Assembly: GCF_031769215.1 (NCBI RefSeq)
Contig: NW_026782399.1
Span: 1 to 64,000 of the forward strand
Reading direction: 5' to 3'
Length of the DNA: 64,000 bases
From: Ylistrum balloti
Lineage: Eukaryota
Shown one piece after another: positions 8,338 to 17,523 of this stretch. The notes under the pieces were generated by a model. The model ran no database searches, was not told the DNA's origin, and saw only the letters and a list, made by a program, of their open reading frames with translations. Positions within the stretch are counted from its first letter, which is position 1; each line of letters starts with the position of its first letter. The position numbers and the translations under genes were made by a program.

Positions 8338-9639
8338 ATGAATAAAAAGAATAAAGTTAACACAGTAAACAAATATTTAGAAGCTAATCGAATTATCTCA
8401 AATTCACTTAATAAATTTAGCTTATTAAAAATAGCATTCTTTTTAATATTGTTAGTTTTTATACTTATTGCTTGTAGTGACACAGACAGTGGTGGTAGCA
8501 TCACCGGACCTATTTACACCTTTAACTATAGCACCGTTTTTAAAGACGGTACTAACGGTGTGGACGGATTGGGTGGGGCGAAATCTGTGACCGTTAGTCC
8601 TGATGGAAACAATGTCTATGTGGGAGGTTGGGATGATGATGCCTTGGCAGTATTTAACAGAAACACGACAACTGGAGCACTTACCTATTCCACTAATTTT
8701 AAAGATGGACAAGATGGACAAGATGGAGTGGATGGATTGGGTCATGCAATCTCTGTCACGGTAAGTCCTGATGGAAACAATGTCTATGTGGCAGGCTATA
8801 ATGATGATGCCTTGGCAGTGTTTAACAGAAACACGACAACTGGTGCACTCACCTATAGCACCGTTTTTAAAGACGGTACTAACGGTGTGGATGGATTGAA
8901 AGGGGCATATTCTGTCACGGTAAGTCCTGATGGAAACAATGTGTATGTGGCAGGTTTTGACGATGATGCCTTGGCAGTGTTTAACAGAAACACGACAACT
9001 GGTGCACTCACCTATAGTACCGTTTTTAAAAACGGTACTAACGGTGTGGATGGATTGGATGGTCCAGCCGCTGTCATGGTTAGTCCAGATGGGGAAAATG
9101 TCTATGTGGCAGGCTATAATGATGATGCCGTGGCAGTGTTTAACAGAAATACAACAACTGGTGTACTCACTTATAGCACCGTTTTAAAAGACGGAGTAAA
9201 TGGTGTGGACGGATTGGATGGTCCAGTCGCTGTCACCGTTAGCCCTGATGGAAACAATGTGTATGTGGTAAGTCTTGTCGATGATGCTTTGGCTGTGTTT
9301 AACAGAAATACAACAACTGGTGTACTCACTTATAGCACCGTTTTAAAAGACGGTACTAACGGTGTGGACGGATTGGATGGGGCGAAATCTGTGACCGTTA
9401 GTCCTGATGGAAACAATGTCTATGTGGTGAGTTCTCAGGATGATGCCTTGGCAGTGTTTAACAGAAACACGACAACTGGGGCACTCAACTATAGCACCAT
9501 TTTTAAAGACGGTACTAACGGTGTGGACGGATTGGATGGGGCATATTCTGTCACGGTTAGCCCTGATGGAAACAATATCTATGTGGTAAGTGAGGAGGAT
9601 GATGCCTTGGCAGTGTTTAATAGGAGTAGTAGCCAGTGA
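8338..9639 (+). CDS. Lipoprotein with 7-bladed beta-propeller, no InlB repeat
   Basis: LIA-C lipobox; seven 53-aa blades; blade 2 carries a 9-bp duplication (DGQDGQDG, 8704-8727). Confidence 0.85.
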   Translation: MNKKNKVNTVNKYLEANRIISNSLNKFSLLKIAFFLILLVFILIACSDTDSGGSITGPIYTFNYSTVFKDGTNGVDGLGGAKSVTVSPDGNNVYVGGWDDDALAVFNRNTTTGALTYSTNFKDGQDGQDGVDGLGHAISVTVSPDGNNVYVAGYNDDALAVFNRNTTTGALTYSTVFKDGTNGVDGLKGAYSVTVSPDGNNVYVAGFDDDALAVFNRNTTTGALTYSTVFKNGTNGVDGLDGPAAVMVSPDGENVYVAGYNDDAVAVFNRNTTTGVLTYSTVLKDGVNGVDGLDGPVAVTVSPDGNNVYVVSLVDDALAVFNRNTTTGVLTYSTVLKDGTNGVDGLDGAKSVTVSPDGNNVYVVSSQDDALAVFNRNTTTGALNYSTIFKDGTNGVDGLDGAYSVTVSPDGNNIYVVSEEDDALAVFNRSSSQ

Positions 9640-9745
9640 AAGTTAGTGGTATTGCTTTAGTGAATTATATAGAATATAAGAATAATCATGCACATTAGCT
9701 TATCGTGGCATTTTAAAAAGTTTCTAAGAAAGCTTATAGTTCCCG

Positions 9746-10528
9746 ATGGCAATTGTTGATACTCATTCCCATCTTACTTTATGCAAATTGCCTGTTGAAG
9801 ACCATCTTCGATTAGCAAGTGAAAATGGGATTACTCACATCCTTGATCCTGGACTTCATTTTGAAGATTTTGAAAATCGTTATCAAAACCTTCAATACTT
9901 TCCAGAAGTATTGTTAGGATTGGCAGTAGCACCCCATTCCAGAATTTCTGAAAAATTTAAAGAAGAAAGTTTAGAAGAATTGATAGGGGGTATGGAGGCA
10001 GTCCTCGAGAGGTATAAGAAACACATTTCAGCAATTTGTGAAATTGGGCTTGACTACTATCACCTGAATCGTACAAAAGACTTCCAGAAAAAACTTTTTT
10101 TGGAACAGTTGAAATTAGCCGAAAAATATGACTTGCCGTTCTTTTTGCACATACGCGATGCTTATGAAGATGCTTTAGAGGTCGTTAAACAATCGGGTTA
10201 TCAAAGGGGGGCGGTACATTGCTTTACAGGGAATGAAAATAACGCCAAGGCATGTTTAGAATGGGGACTCTGTCTTTCTTTTTCAGGAATGGTGACTTTT
10301 AAGAAGAATCTTAGTCTACAAGAAATTGCAAAAAAAATTCCTTTGGATAGAATCCTCACCGAGACGGACGCTCCCTTTCTGTCGCCTGTCCCCTTTCGAG
10401 GGAAACCTAATCAGTCAGCTTATCTTCTCCATATACAGCAATTCATTGCTCATCTTCGAGGAATAGAAGTGGAGGCATTGAACAAGCAATGCTTTAAGAA
10501 TTTTAAAAATCTTTTGAAAATAGATTAA
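9746..10528 (+). CDS. tatD: TatD family hydrolase
   Basis: DTHSHL, EIGLDY, LHIRDA, VHCFTG, LTETDAPFL motifs. Confidence 0.92.
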   Translation: MAIVDTHSHLTLCKLPVEDHLRLASENGITHILDPGLHFEDFENRYQNLQYFPEVLLGLAVAPHSRISEKFKEESLEELIGGMEAVLERYKKHISAICEIGLDYYHLNRTKDFQKKLFLEQLKLAEKYDLPFFLHIRDAYEDALEVVKQSGYQRGAVHCFTGNENNAKACLEWGLCLSFSGMVTFKKNLSLQEIAKKIPLDRILTETDAPFLSPVPFRGKPNQSAYLLHIQQFIAHLRGIEVEALNKQCFKNFKNLLKID

Positions 10529-10563
10529 GTAATAGAAGGGTAGGATTTTAAAAAAACTAAAAA

Positions 10564-11532
10564 CTAATAACTAAAGATGAGAAATTCTTTTGGATCTAGT
10601 TGGTAGTTTCCTATTTTGATTTGATAATTAAAAGGGTAGCTATTTTTCTTATCGTTAGAGGAATGATTGCCGACTTCTCCGATAACCGTTCTTGCTTCAA
10701 TCAAGTCACCCTTTTTAAGGTTCACTTTGTTGAGTCCTTTGTAAACAGTCTTAAACCCAAATTCATGGGAAACGATGACTTCCTTACTGGTTCCCTGGTC
10801 AATGATGTCTTCTATCCGTCCTCGTGAGGTAGAAATAACGGAGGAAGTATTATGGATGTTTAGAGACAAGTTTTGGGAGTTCAATTCTTTTTCATTGATC
10901 GTGTAAAAAGGAGCAACCATTTGATCTTTGCTTGGTGTTTCTGAATTGGCTTTTTTAATTGGCCAAAGGACAGGTAGGCTTCTAATCATTTCCTTTCTTC
11001 TACTAATAAAAAATTCAAATCGACTGATTTGATTTAATATACTATCCATCTCTTCGATGTCTTGGTCCACTACTTCGTAAAAATTGTTGTCCATTCTTTC
11101 AAAAAACTTGTCGTTTAAAAGAGGTAGGTTATTGATCTGTTGAGATTGTAGCTTCTCATTCTTTGCGGGGTTAAGCAATCTTCCACCGATGGCTTTTTTA
11201 GTAAAACTTTTGTCGAATAGGATGGCAATGTTGTTTTTAATATAATTTTCTTTTCTTGCATGATTGTAGAAATAATCTTTCATTAGGCTTTTATAATTTT
11301 TAGCCAGTTCTTGTTTGTGATCAAGTAATTTTTTTTGTTGATACAATTGATAGGAAATTTTGATTTGCTTAAAACTGAAAAATGTGATGAAGAGAAGAAA
11401 ACATAAAAAAAAAATGAAAAAGCTGGAGGCAAGCCAACTTGGTTTAGAAATTCGAATACTTTTGCTCTTGGAATGCGAGTAAATATAGATATAACTTCTT
11501 CCTCGATTAAAAAATTTTTTTAGAAATTTCAT
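10564..11532 (-). CDS. Membrane-anchored M23/LytM-fold protein lacking catalytic Zn ligands
   Basis: N-terminal TM and coiled coil; C-terminal VIVSHEFGFKTVYKGL...KKGDLI...IGEVG matches the M23 fold, but HxxxD and HxH are absent. Confidence 0.65.
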   Translation of the reverse strand: MKFLKKFFNRGRSYIYIYSHSKSKSIRISKPSWLASSFFIFFLCFLLFITFFSFKQIKISYQLYQQKKLLDHKQELAKNYKSLMKDYFYNHARKENYIKNNIAILFDKSFTKKAIGGRLLNPAKNEKLQSQQINNLPLLNDKFFERMDNNFYEVVDQDIEEMDSILNQISRFEFFISRRKEMIRSLPVLWPIKKANSETPSKDQMVAPFYTINEKELNSQNLSLNIHNTSSVISTSRGRIEDIIDQGTSKEVIVSHEFGFKTVYKGLNKVNLKKGDLIEARTVIGEVGNHSSNDKKNSYPFNYQIKIGNYQLDPKEFLIFSY

Positions 11533-11542
11533 AATAATTGAT

Positions 11543-12469
11543 TTATTTTGGGAATTTATGGCGGTATAAGAAGCTGACCCTCTCTAAGAATTTCTTTTCT
11601 TTTTCATTTAGTCCATTGATGCCTTTTAAAGATATGATGTCAAGTAGTTGATCAATTTTATTTTCAATTTCCTGTTCGTTCATTTTTGTTTCATCAAGAT
11701 TGGTCACATCATTTTTAGGATAAAACTGGGAGGAACTAAAGAAATTCTTATTATTTTTTGTTTTCCTAAAGGAAATTATCGTATTTTCCCACCATCGTTT
11801 AAGAGAATAATGAAGCGATGAAAAGTTACGGTTTTTTCGGAATAAAATGATGAAAAGTAAAGCTGAAACTACCCCTCCAATGTGTCCAGAATGGGAAATT
11901 CTCATATTACTACCGAATAATATAGGAATAAAAACTGACAAACCTAATGCAATAAGCAATAAATTTTTGCCTTTGATAGTAACTGGAAGAATGAAAAACA
12001 ATAATAAAGTAATTTCTCGATCTCGAAAAAGAATAGAAAAAGCTAAAAGCAAGCCAAAAATGGACCCACTTGCTCCAACGGTATACCCTAAGGTTGTTAT
12101 ATTATTAGAATCAATTAAAACCAATAGTGCATCTACAAGAAAAATGAATAATCCAGCACCCAGTCCTGAAGCTAAATAGAACTGTAAGAAAGGTTTTGTG
12201 CCTATTTCTCGTTCAATATCAGAACCAATAAAAAACAGCGCCAACATATTTAGAAATAAGTGCCACCAGTTGGCATGAAGAAACATGTAGGAAAAAATTT
12301 GCCAAATTTTATATTCATAAACAACGGAAAGGTAGTCTAATGCAAAATTTCTTTCAAAAGAAAGGGGTGTGCTTGCTAATACGGAAGAGATGTTTTGTAT
12401 GAGAAATATTCCAATATTGATAAAAAGAAGATTTTTAATACCATGCTCCATTTTTCTATTATAATACAC
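11543..12469 (-). CDS. Rhomboid intramembrane serine protease with short C-terminal helical domain (DUF6576-like)
   Basis: YMFLHANWWHLFLNM, GASG (Ser), SHSGHIGG (His); tail KIDQLLDIISLKGINGLNEKEKKFL. Confidence 0.9.
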   Translation of the reverse strand: MYYNRKMEHGIKNLLFINIGIFLIQNISSVLASTPLSFERNFALDYLSVVYEYKIWQIFSYMFLHANWWHLFLNMLALFFIGSDIEREIGTKPFLQFYLASGLGAGLFIFLVDALLVLIDSNNITTLGYTVGASGSIFGLLLAFSILFRDREITLLLFFILPVTIKGKNLLLIALGLSVFIPILFGSNMRISHSGHIGGVVSALLFIILFRKNRNFSSLHYSLKRWWENTIISFRKTKNNKNFFSSSQFYPKNDVTNLDETKMNEQEIENKIDQLLDIISLKGINGLNEKEKKFLERVSFLYRHKFPK

Positions 12470-12699
12470 CTTTATTTAAGCCTCACTAACCCGTGGTTAT
12501 ATAATTATAACCTGTTTATAGGTCCTTTTTCTAATTCTCGGTATGTTTTAATGTCTAATTGAATATTCTTAACCTTTATAAGAATAAGTAAAATTCATCG
12601 GAAAAATAAGGTTTTGACCATTTCTTTATTACCTTGTATTAAAATCTCACTTATATTACAATTAAAATAACAATAAACGATCAAATAAGCAAATAATCA

Positions 12700-14250
12700 G
12701 TGGGAAATGATGTTATCATTCTTGATTTTGGCGCACAATACAGTCAATTAATAGCCAAAAAGATAAGGAAAATAGGTGTTTATTGCATTATTCTTCCTTA
12801 TAACACTCCTCTTCCTAAAATTCTCTCTTATGAACCTAAGGCAATCATCCTTTCAGGGGGACCGTCTTCAGTGTACGGAGAAAATGCTCCTCAATGCGAT
12901 CTCCAAATATTTGATTTTTCCATCCCTATTTTAGGAATTTGCTACGGGTTTCAATTAATAGCCCATTTTTTTAATGGAAAAGTTAAAAGTTCCTCAGAAA
13001 GTGAATATGGTCTTTCCAAAGTAAAGATTTTAGACACACAAAACTCCCTTTTCTCGGGAATTTGCAAAGGACAATCATCCAAATCGTTGAAGGTTTGGAT
13101 GAGCCATGGCGATGAATTGGACCCCAAGTCTATAAATGATTTTAAAGTGATTGCCACGACTAAAAACAGTGTTGCTGCTATTGCCAACCCTAAGAAAAAA
13201 ATTTATGGTGTCCAATTTCATCCAGAAGTAAGTCACACCGAAAAGGGTGAAAAAATTCTGTTGAACTTCATTACTAAGATCGCAAAATTGAAATTGGATT
13301 GGAATATGCCTTCCTTCATCGAAATGGAAACCGAGAAAATTCGCAAACAAATTGGCAATAAAAAGGTTATTCTCGCTTTAAGTGGAGGCGTGGATTCTTC
13401 GGTGTTGGCAGTCTTCCTTCATCGTATTATTAAAGATCAGCTTTTATGTGTCTTCATTGATAATGGATTGCTTCGTTACAACGAAGCTAAGGAAGTAGTG
13501 GCACAGTTTCGCAAGCATTTTTTAATTCCACTTAAATATGTAAATGCGAGAAAAATTTTTTTAAAAAAACTTAGATGGGTGAGTAATCCAGAAAGAAAGC
13601 GTCGAGTTATCGGAAAATTATTTATTAAAATCCTTAAAAAAGAGTCTAAAGGTTTTTATTATCTTGCCCAGGGGACTCTTTATCCTGATGTAATTGAATC
13701 AGTTTCTCCTCATGGTCATTCACAGACGATCAAGACCCACCACAACAGAGTGAAACAAGTTTTGAAGATGCAGGCACAAGGGCGACTCGTTGAGCCCTTT
13801 CAGCAGTTGTTTAAGGATGAGGTACGTGAAATCGGCAAGAAGTTCGGATTGCCTGATTCGATTATCCATCGTCAACCTTTCCCTGGTCCTGGATTAGCCG
13901 TGCGTATCATAGGACGAGTTACCCTAAAACGATTAGTCATGTTGCGGAAGGTGGATTGGATTTTCCAAAAAAAATTAATGGAGTATAATCAACAAAAAAA
14001 TTTTTGGCAGTCCTTTGCCGTGCTTCTGCCTGTTAAGTCAGTTGGTGTGGTCGGAGACAGGCGTAGTTACGGGTATACAGCTGTGTTAAGAGCCGTTTCT
14101 AGTTTAGACGGAATGACAGCTGATTTTGAAATATTAAGTAAGGAAGAGCTTACCGAAGTAGCAAATGAAATCGTTGGTAGAGTGGAAGGAATTGCACGTG
14201 TTGTTTGGGACATCACCTCCAAACCGCCTGCTACAATTGAATGGGAGTAG
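12700..14250 (+). CDS. guaA: GMP synthase (glutamine-hydrolysing)
   Basis: LDFGAQY, GICYG, QFHPEV, SGGVDS, QPFPGPGL, KPPATIEWE. Confidence 0.97.
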   Translation: MGNDVIILDFGAQYSQLIAKKIRKIGVYCIILPYNTPLPKILSYEPKAIILSGGPSSVYGENAPQCDLQIFDFSIPILGICYGFQLIAHFFNGKVKSSSESEYGLSKVKILDTQNSLFSGICKGQSSKSLKVWMSHGDELDPKSINDFKVIATTKNSVAAIANPKKKIYGVQFHPEVSHTEKGEKILLNFITKIAKLKLDWNMPSFIEMETEKIRKQIGNKKVILALSGGVDSSVLAVFLHRIIKDQLLCVFIDNGLLRYNEAKEVVAQFRKHFLIPLKYVNARKIFLKKLRWVSNPERKRRVIGKLFIKILKKESKGFYYLAQGTLYPDVIESVSPHGHSQTIKTHHNRVKQVLKMQAQGRLVEPFQQLFKDEVREIGKKFGLPDSIIHRQPFPGPGLAVRIIGRVTLKRLVMLRKVDWIFQKKLMEYNQQKNFWQSFAVLLPVKSVGVVGDRRSYGYTAVLRAVSSLDGMTADFEILSKEELTEVANEIVGRVEGIARVVWDITSKPPATIEWE

Positions 14251-14253
14251 GGG

Positions 14254-14991
14254 ATGTCTGGTCACAGTAAATGGGCGACAATCAAGCACCGCAAGGGTTT
14301 AGCTGATGCCAAGAGGGGAAAACTATTTAGTAAGATTGCACGAGAAATCACTGTAGCAGCGCGCAATGGTGGTGGAGATACAGCATCTAATCCACGACTT
14401 AAAACTGTGATCATGACAGCTCGAAGTGCTAGCATGCCAAATAAAAATATTGAAAATGCTATCCGCAAGGGTACAGGTGAAAGTAAAGATGGGGTTGATT
14501 ACATGGAAAGTACCTATGAGGGATATGGACCTTATGGAGTAGCAATCCTTGTCAATTGTCTTACTGACAACAAAAATCGAACCGTAGCAGAAGTCAAGAA
14601 GGTGTTCTCTAAAAATACAGGCAACCTAGGAGAGATTGGATCAGTCGCATGGCAATTTGAAAAAAAAGGCGTTATTCATATTGAAAAGGGATCAATTGAA
14701 GAAGATCAAATTTTGGGAATAGGTCTGGAGCTTCCTATTGAAGATGTGATCTCTGAAGAGGAAGGTTATATTATCTACACTACTATAGAGAATTTCAATG
14801 AAGTCTATGAGCAGCTTAAAGAAAATAAAGGAAAATCTTTTGAATTAGCGCATGCCGAAATTTCAATGATCCCAAAAAATACTATTGAAATAAATAAAGA
14901 TCAAGCCGAGAAACTTCAATCATTAATCGATCAATTGGATGATCTTGATGATGTTACATCTATTTCCTCAAATGAATTGGTGAGGGGATAG
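14254..14991 (+). CDS. yebC: YebC/PmpR family protein
   Basis: MSGHSKWATIKHRKG, YEGYGPYG, TDNKNRT. Confidence 0.95.
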   Translation: MSGHSKWATIKHRKGLADAKRGKLFSKIAREITVAARNGGGDTASNPRLKTVIMTARSASMPNKNIENAIRKGTGESKDGVDYMESTYEGYGPYGVAILVNCLTDNKNRTVAEVKKVFSKNTGNLGEIGSVAWQFEKKGVIHIEKGSIEEDQILGIGLELPIEDVISEEEGYIIYTTIENFNEVYEQLKENKGKSFELAHAEISMIPKNTIEINKDQAEKLQSLIDQLDDLDDVTSISSNELVRG

Positions 14992-14992
14992 A

Positions 14993-15520
14993 ATGATTAT
15001 TGGGATAGACCCTGGCTTTGCTACTATCGGCTATGCTTTCATTGCACCTTCTAATAATGAGCCTCGCATAGTGGACTTAGGAATGATTGTTACTGACAAA
15101 AAAAAAAATTTTTATGATCGTTTGACAGAGATTGAAGAAAACTTGCATCAACTTCTAGATCGTCACTTGCCTTCTATTAAGCATATTGATTGCGATGCTG
15201 TGGTGGAAAAAATATTTTTCATGAAGAACAAAAAAACTGCTATTGAAGTCGCCCATGCTAGAGGAGTGATTTGCAACTTATTTAATAAACGTGGCATTAG
15301 AATCTTTGAATACACTCCTAATGAAATTAAAAAGGCTATCACTGGTCACGGTCAATCTTCTAAAAAAGAAATTCAATCCATGGTGATTCGATTGCTTAAT
15401 TTGAAAACGCCCATTTCACAAGATGATATTGCTGATGCTTTAGCAATGACAATATGTCACTGGTTCTATCAAGAAAAGAATTGGGGTTCTCAACCCATGA
15501 AAAGTTTTCCTAATCATTAA
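14993..15520 (+). CDS. ruvC: Holliday junction resolvase RuvC
   Basis: IGIDPG, VEKIFF, AHARGV, DDIADALA. Confidence 0.95.
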   Translation: MIIGIDPGFATIGYAFIAPSNNEPRIVDLGMIVTDKKKNFYDRLTEIEENLHQLLDRHLPSIKHIDCDAVVEKIFFMKNKKTAIEVAHARGVICNLFNKRGIRIFEYTPNEIKKAITGHGQSSKKEIQSMVIRLLNLKTPISQDDIADALAMTICHWFYQEKNWGSQPMKSFPNH

Positions 15521-15543
15521 TAATTTGTAGCGGATTGAGTACG

Positions 15544-16155
15544 ATGTTTGATTATCTTTTTGGTAAAATTACTTTCAAAGAAGAGAGTGTGATCACTATT
15601 GACAATCAAGGTGTGGGTTACCTTGTCTATGTGCCATTAATTTTTGCACAGGAATTAGCAGTTGAAGAAGACAAGAAAGTTTATATCCATCAAGTGGTAG
15701 GTGAGAAAGAAAACACACTTTATGGGTTTCGGAGTCGATTAATGAGATCACTTTTCCAATCTCTTATTGGGGTTTCTGGTGTGGGTCCTAAAATGGCGAT
15801 TAAGGTTTTAGATGACTTTTCTCCCGAACAACTCCTTGACATTTTTGCGAACAAAAGAATTGAACAATTAAAAAATGTAAAGGGATTGGGAAGCAAGACA
15901 CGAGAGAAAATTTTTATCGATTTAAATAAAAAAGCAAAGGAAATGATTGTTCTTTTCAAGGTGGAAAAAAATGTTTCCATACCAAATTCCTCACTGGAGC
16001 AAGAAGTCAAAGCAAGTTTAATACAGCTAGGTTATAAGGAAAGCGAGTTAAAAGATGTCGTGCCTTCTATCATCCAAGACCTCTCTTCCGAGGGATTGCC
16101 CACCATAGAAAGAGTAATCAAGGATACCTTAGAAAAATTATCTAAATTAAAATGA
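15544..16155 (+). CDS. ruvA: Holliday junction branch migration protein RuvA
   Basis: MFDYLFG start (ATG 15544; track uses TTG 15535), LYGF, VSGVGPKMA, VKGLGSKT. Confidence 0.92.
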   Translation: MFDYLFGKITFKEESVITIDNQGVGYLVYVPLIFAQELAVEEDKKVYIHQVVGEKENTLYGFRSRLMRSLFQSLIGVSGVGPKMAIKVLDDFSPEQLLDIFANKRIEQLKNVKGLGSKTREKIFIDLNKKAKEMIVLFKVEKNVSIPNSSLEQEVKASLIQLGYKESELKDVVPSIIQDLSSEGLPTIERVIKDTLEKLSKLK

Positions 16156-17393
16156 CTGAAGACAAAAATAAAAAAAGCGGATTAGATAAACTTTACGAAA
16201 GTTCCATTGAATACTTGGTACACCCAAAGAAGCATTTGAAAGAATACTTATGGGCAATTATTATTGTTCTTCTAATTCGATCCACCATTGGGGTTGTCTA
16301 CCAAATCCCGACAGGGTCAATGATACCTACTTTCAAGATAGGGGATACCCTTTTAGCTAACCGATTCTACTATGGTCTTAAGATCCCTTTTACGGAAGAC
16401 AAGGCGGGGTTTCGTTTGCCAGCTATTCGAGATCCAGGAGTGGGAGACATCATCATTTTTAGAGGACCTAAGGAAGAGAATTTCTATGAATTCAGGTTAG
16501 ACTACGATCCGCGAAAACAAAAATTCTTAAACCAAATCAATCAGGAATCATCTTTCAAAGGGCTTATCTCCCATGATGATTATGACATCTTGGACAAACA
16601 GGAAAACTATATTATTCTCCATCGCTCTCAAGCAAATGTTTGGATTCGGCTTCATGAGAAAATTTACAATACCTACAAGAAAGAAATTCAAGATTTAAAC
16701 ATCGGTAGCTTAGAAAAACATAAAATTACAATGACTTATCAATTTAGCAAGCCGTCATCTTTTATTAAACAAGTTTTCAACACACCTGTAGCTGGAGTGA
16801 GTATCATTGCTACAGTCTTGTTCAAAACCCCCTATTTCTATCTCTATCAAAAAGCCTTGGCCGTTCTTTCTCCTCAGTTGAAAAACAATAAAGGAGAAGT
16901 TGCTTTTTATCCAAATGATTGGGTGGATCTAACCAAAGAATATGTTAAGCGGGTTATTGCCAAAGAAGGTGACAAGGTGGAAATTAAGAAAAAAGTAGTT
17001 TATGTCAATGATGAACCTTTAGTTTGGGCTAAGGAATATGAAATTGACGAGGAAAGTGCAGGATTCCTCATCACCAAGGAGACGCTTACCCATTCAAAAA
17101 AAAATGAAGATGGCTCTTTTAATCATCCATTGAGAGTTTCAACATCACTCATAGTTCCTGAAATTGAATTTGAAAAAAAACACTGGCCCTACGATACGCA
17201 GACTAAGACTGCTTCACTTTTTCGGGATAGCTTCGGACCTATCACAGTTCCAAAAAACCATTTCTTTGTAATGGGTGATAACCGAGATGAATCTTTGGAT
17301 TCCCGCTATATTGGAAGTGTTCCTAAAATGATGATCAGTGGGACACCAATGTTTATTTTCTATCCTTGGAGCCGAAAAGGACTTGTGAAATGA
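16152..17393 (+). CDS. lepB: Signal peptidase I with a large internal insertion
   Basis: IPTGSMIPT (Ser56), YVKRVIA (Lys266), MGDNRDESLDSRY. Confidence 0.9.
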   Translation: MTEDKNKKSGLDKLYESSIEYLVHPKKHLKEYLWAIIIVLLIRSTIGVVYQIPTGSMIPTFKIGDTLLANRFYYGLKIPFTEDKAGFRLPAIRDPGVGDIIIFRGPKEENFYEFRLDYDPRKQKFLNQINQESSFKGLISHDDYDILDKQENYIILHRSQANVWIRLHEKIYNTYKKEIQDLNIGSLEKHKITMTYQFSKPSSFIKQVFNTPVAGVSIIATVLFKTPYFYLYQKALAVLSPQLKNNKGEVAFYPNDWVDLTKEYVKRVIAKEGDKVEIKKKVVYVNDEPLVWAKEYEIDEESAGFLITKETLTHSKKNEDGSFNHPLRVSTSLIVPEIEFEKKHWPYDTQTKTASLFRDSFGPITVPKNHFFVMGDNRDESLDSRYIGSVPKMMISGTPMFIFYPWSRKGLVK

Positions 17394-17523
17394 TTTTCTG
17401 TAAGTTAAACCATTAATATAACTTTTATCCTTTGCTGAATCCTATAATTTCCTAAAAGATTTAAAAGATGCTTGAAAATATCTTTTTAAACGGGTTGCTT
17501 AATAGTACACTCTTTAAAAAAAT

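Noticed and set aside
12495-12512. Palindrome GGTTATA-TAAT-TATAACC in the rhomboid/guaA divergent region; purine riboswitch
   Set aside because: A single short AT-rich occurrence; no riboswitch core recognised.
15098-15108. A11 tract in ruvC as a phase switch
   Set aside because: The frame is intact and Lys-rich A runs are common across core genes in this AT-rich genome.
14254-16155. ruvB missing from the yebC-ruvC-ruvA cluster
   Set aside because: Relocation of ruvB is common and cannot be judged from one window.
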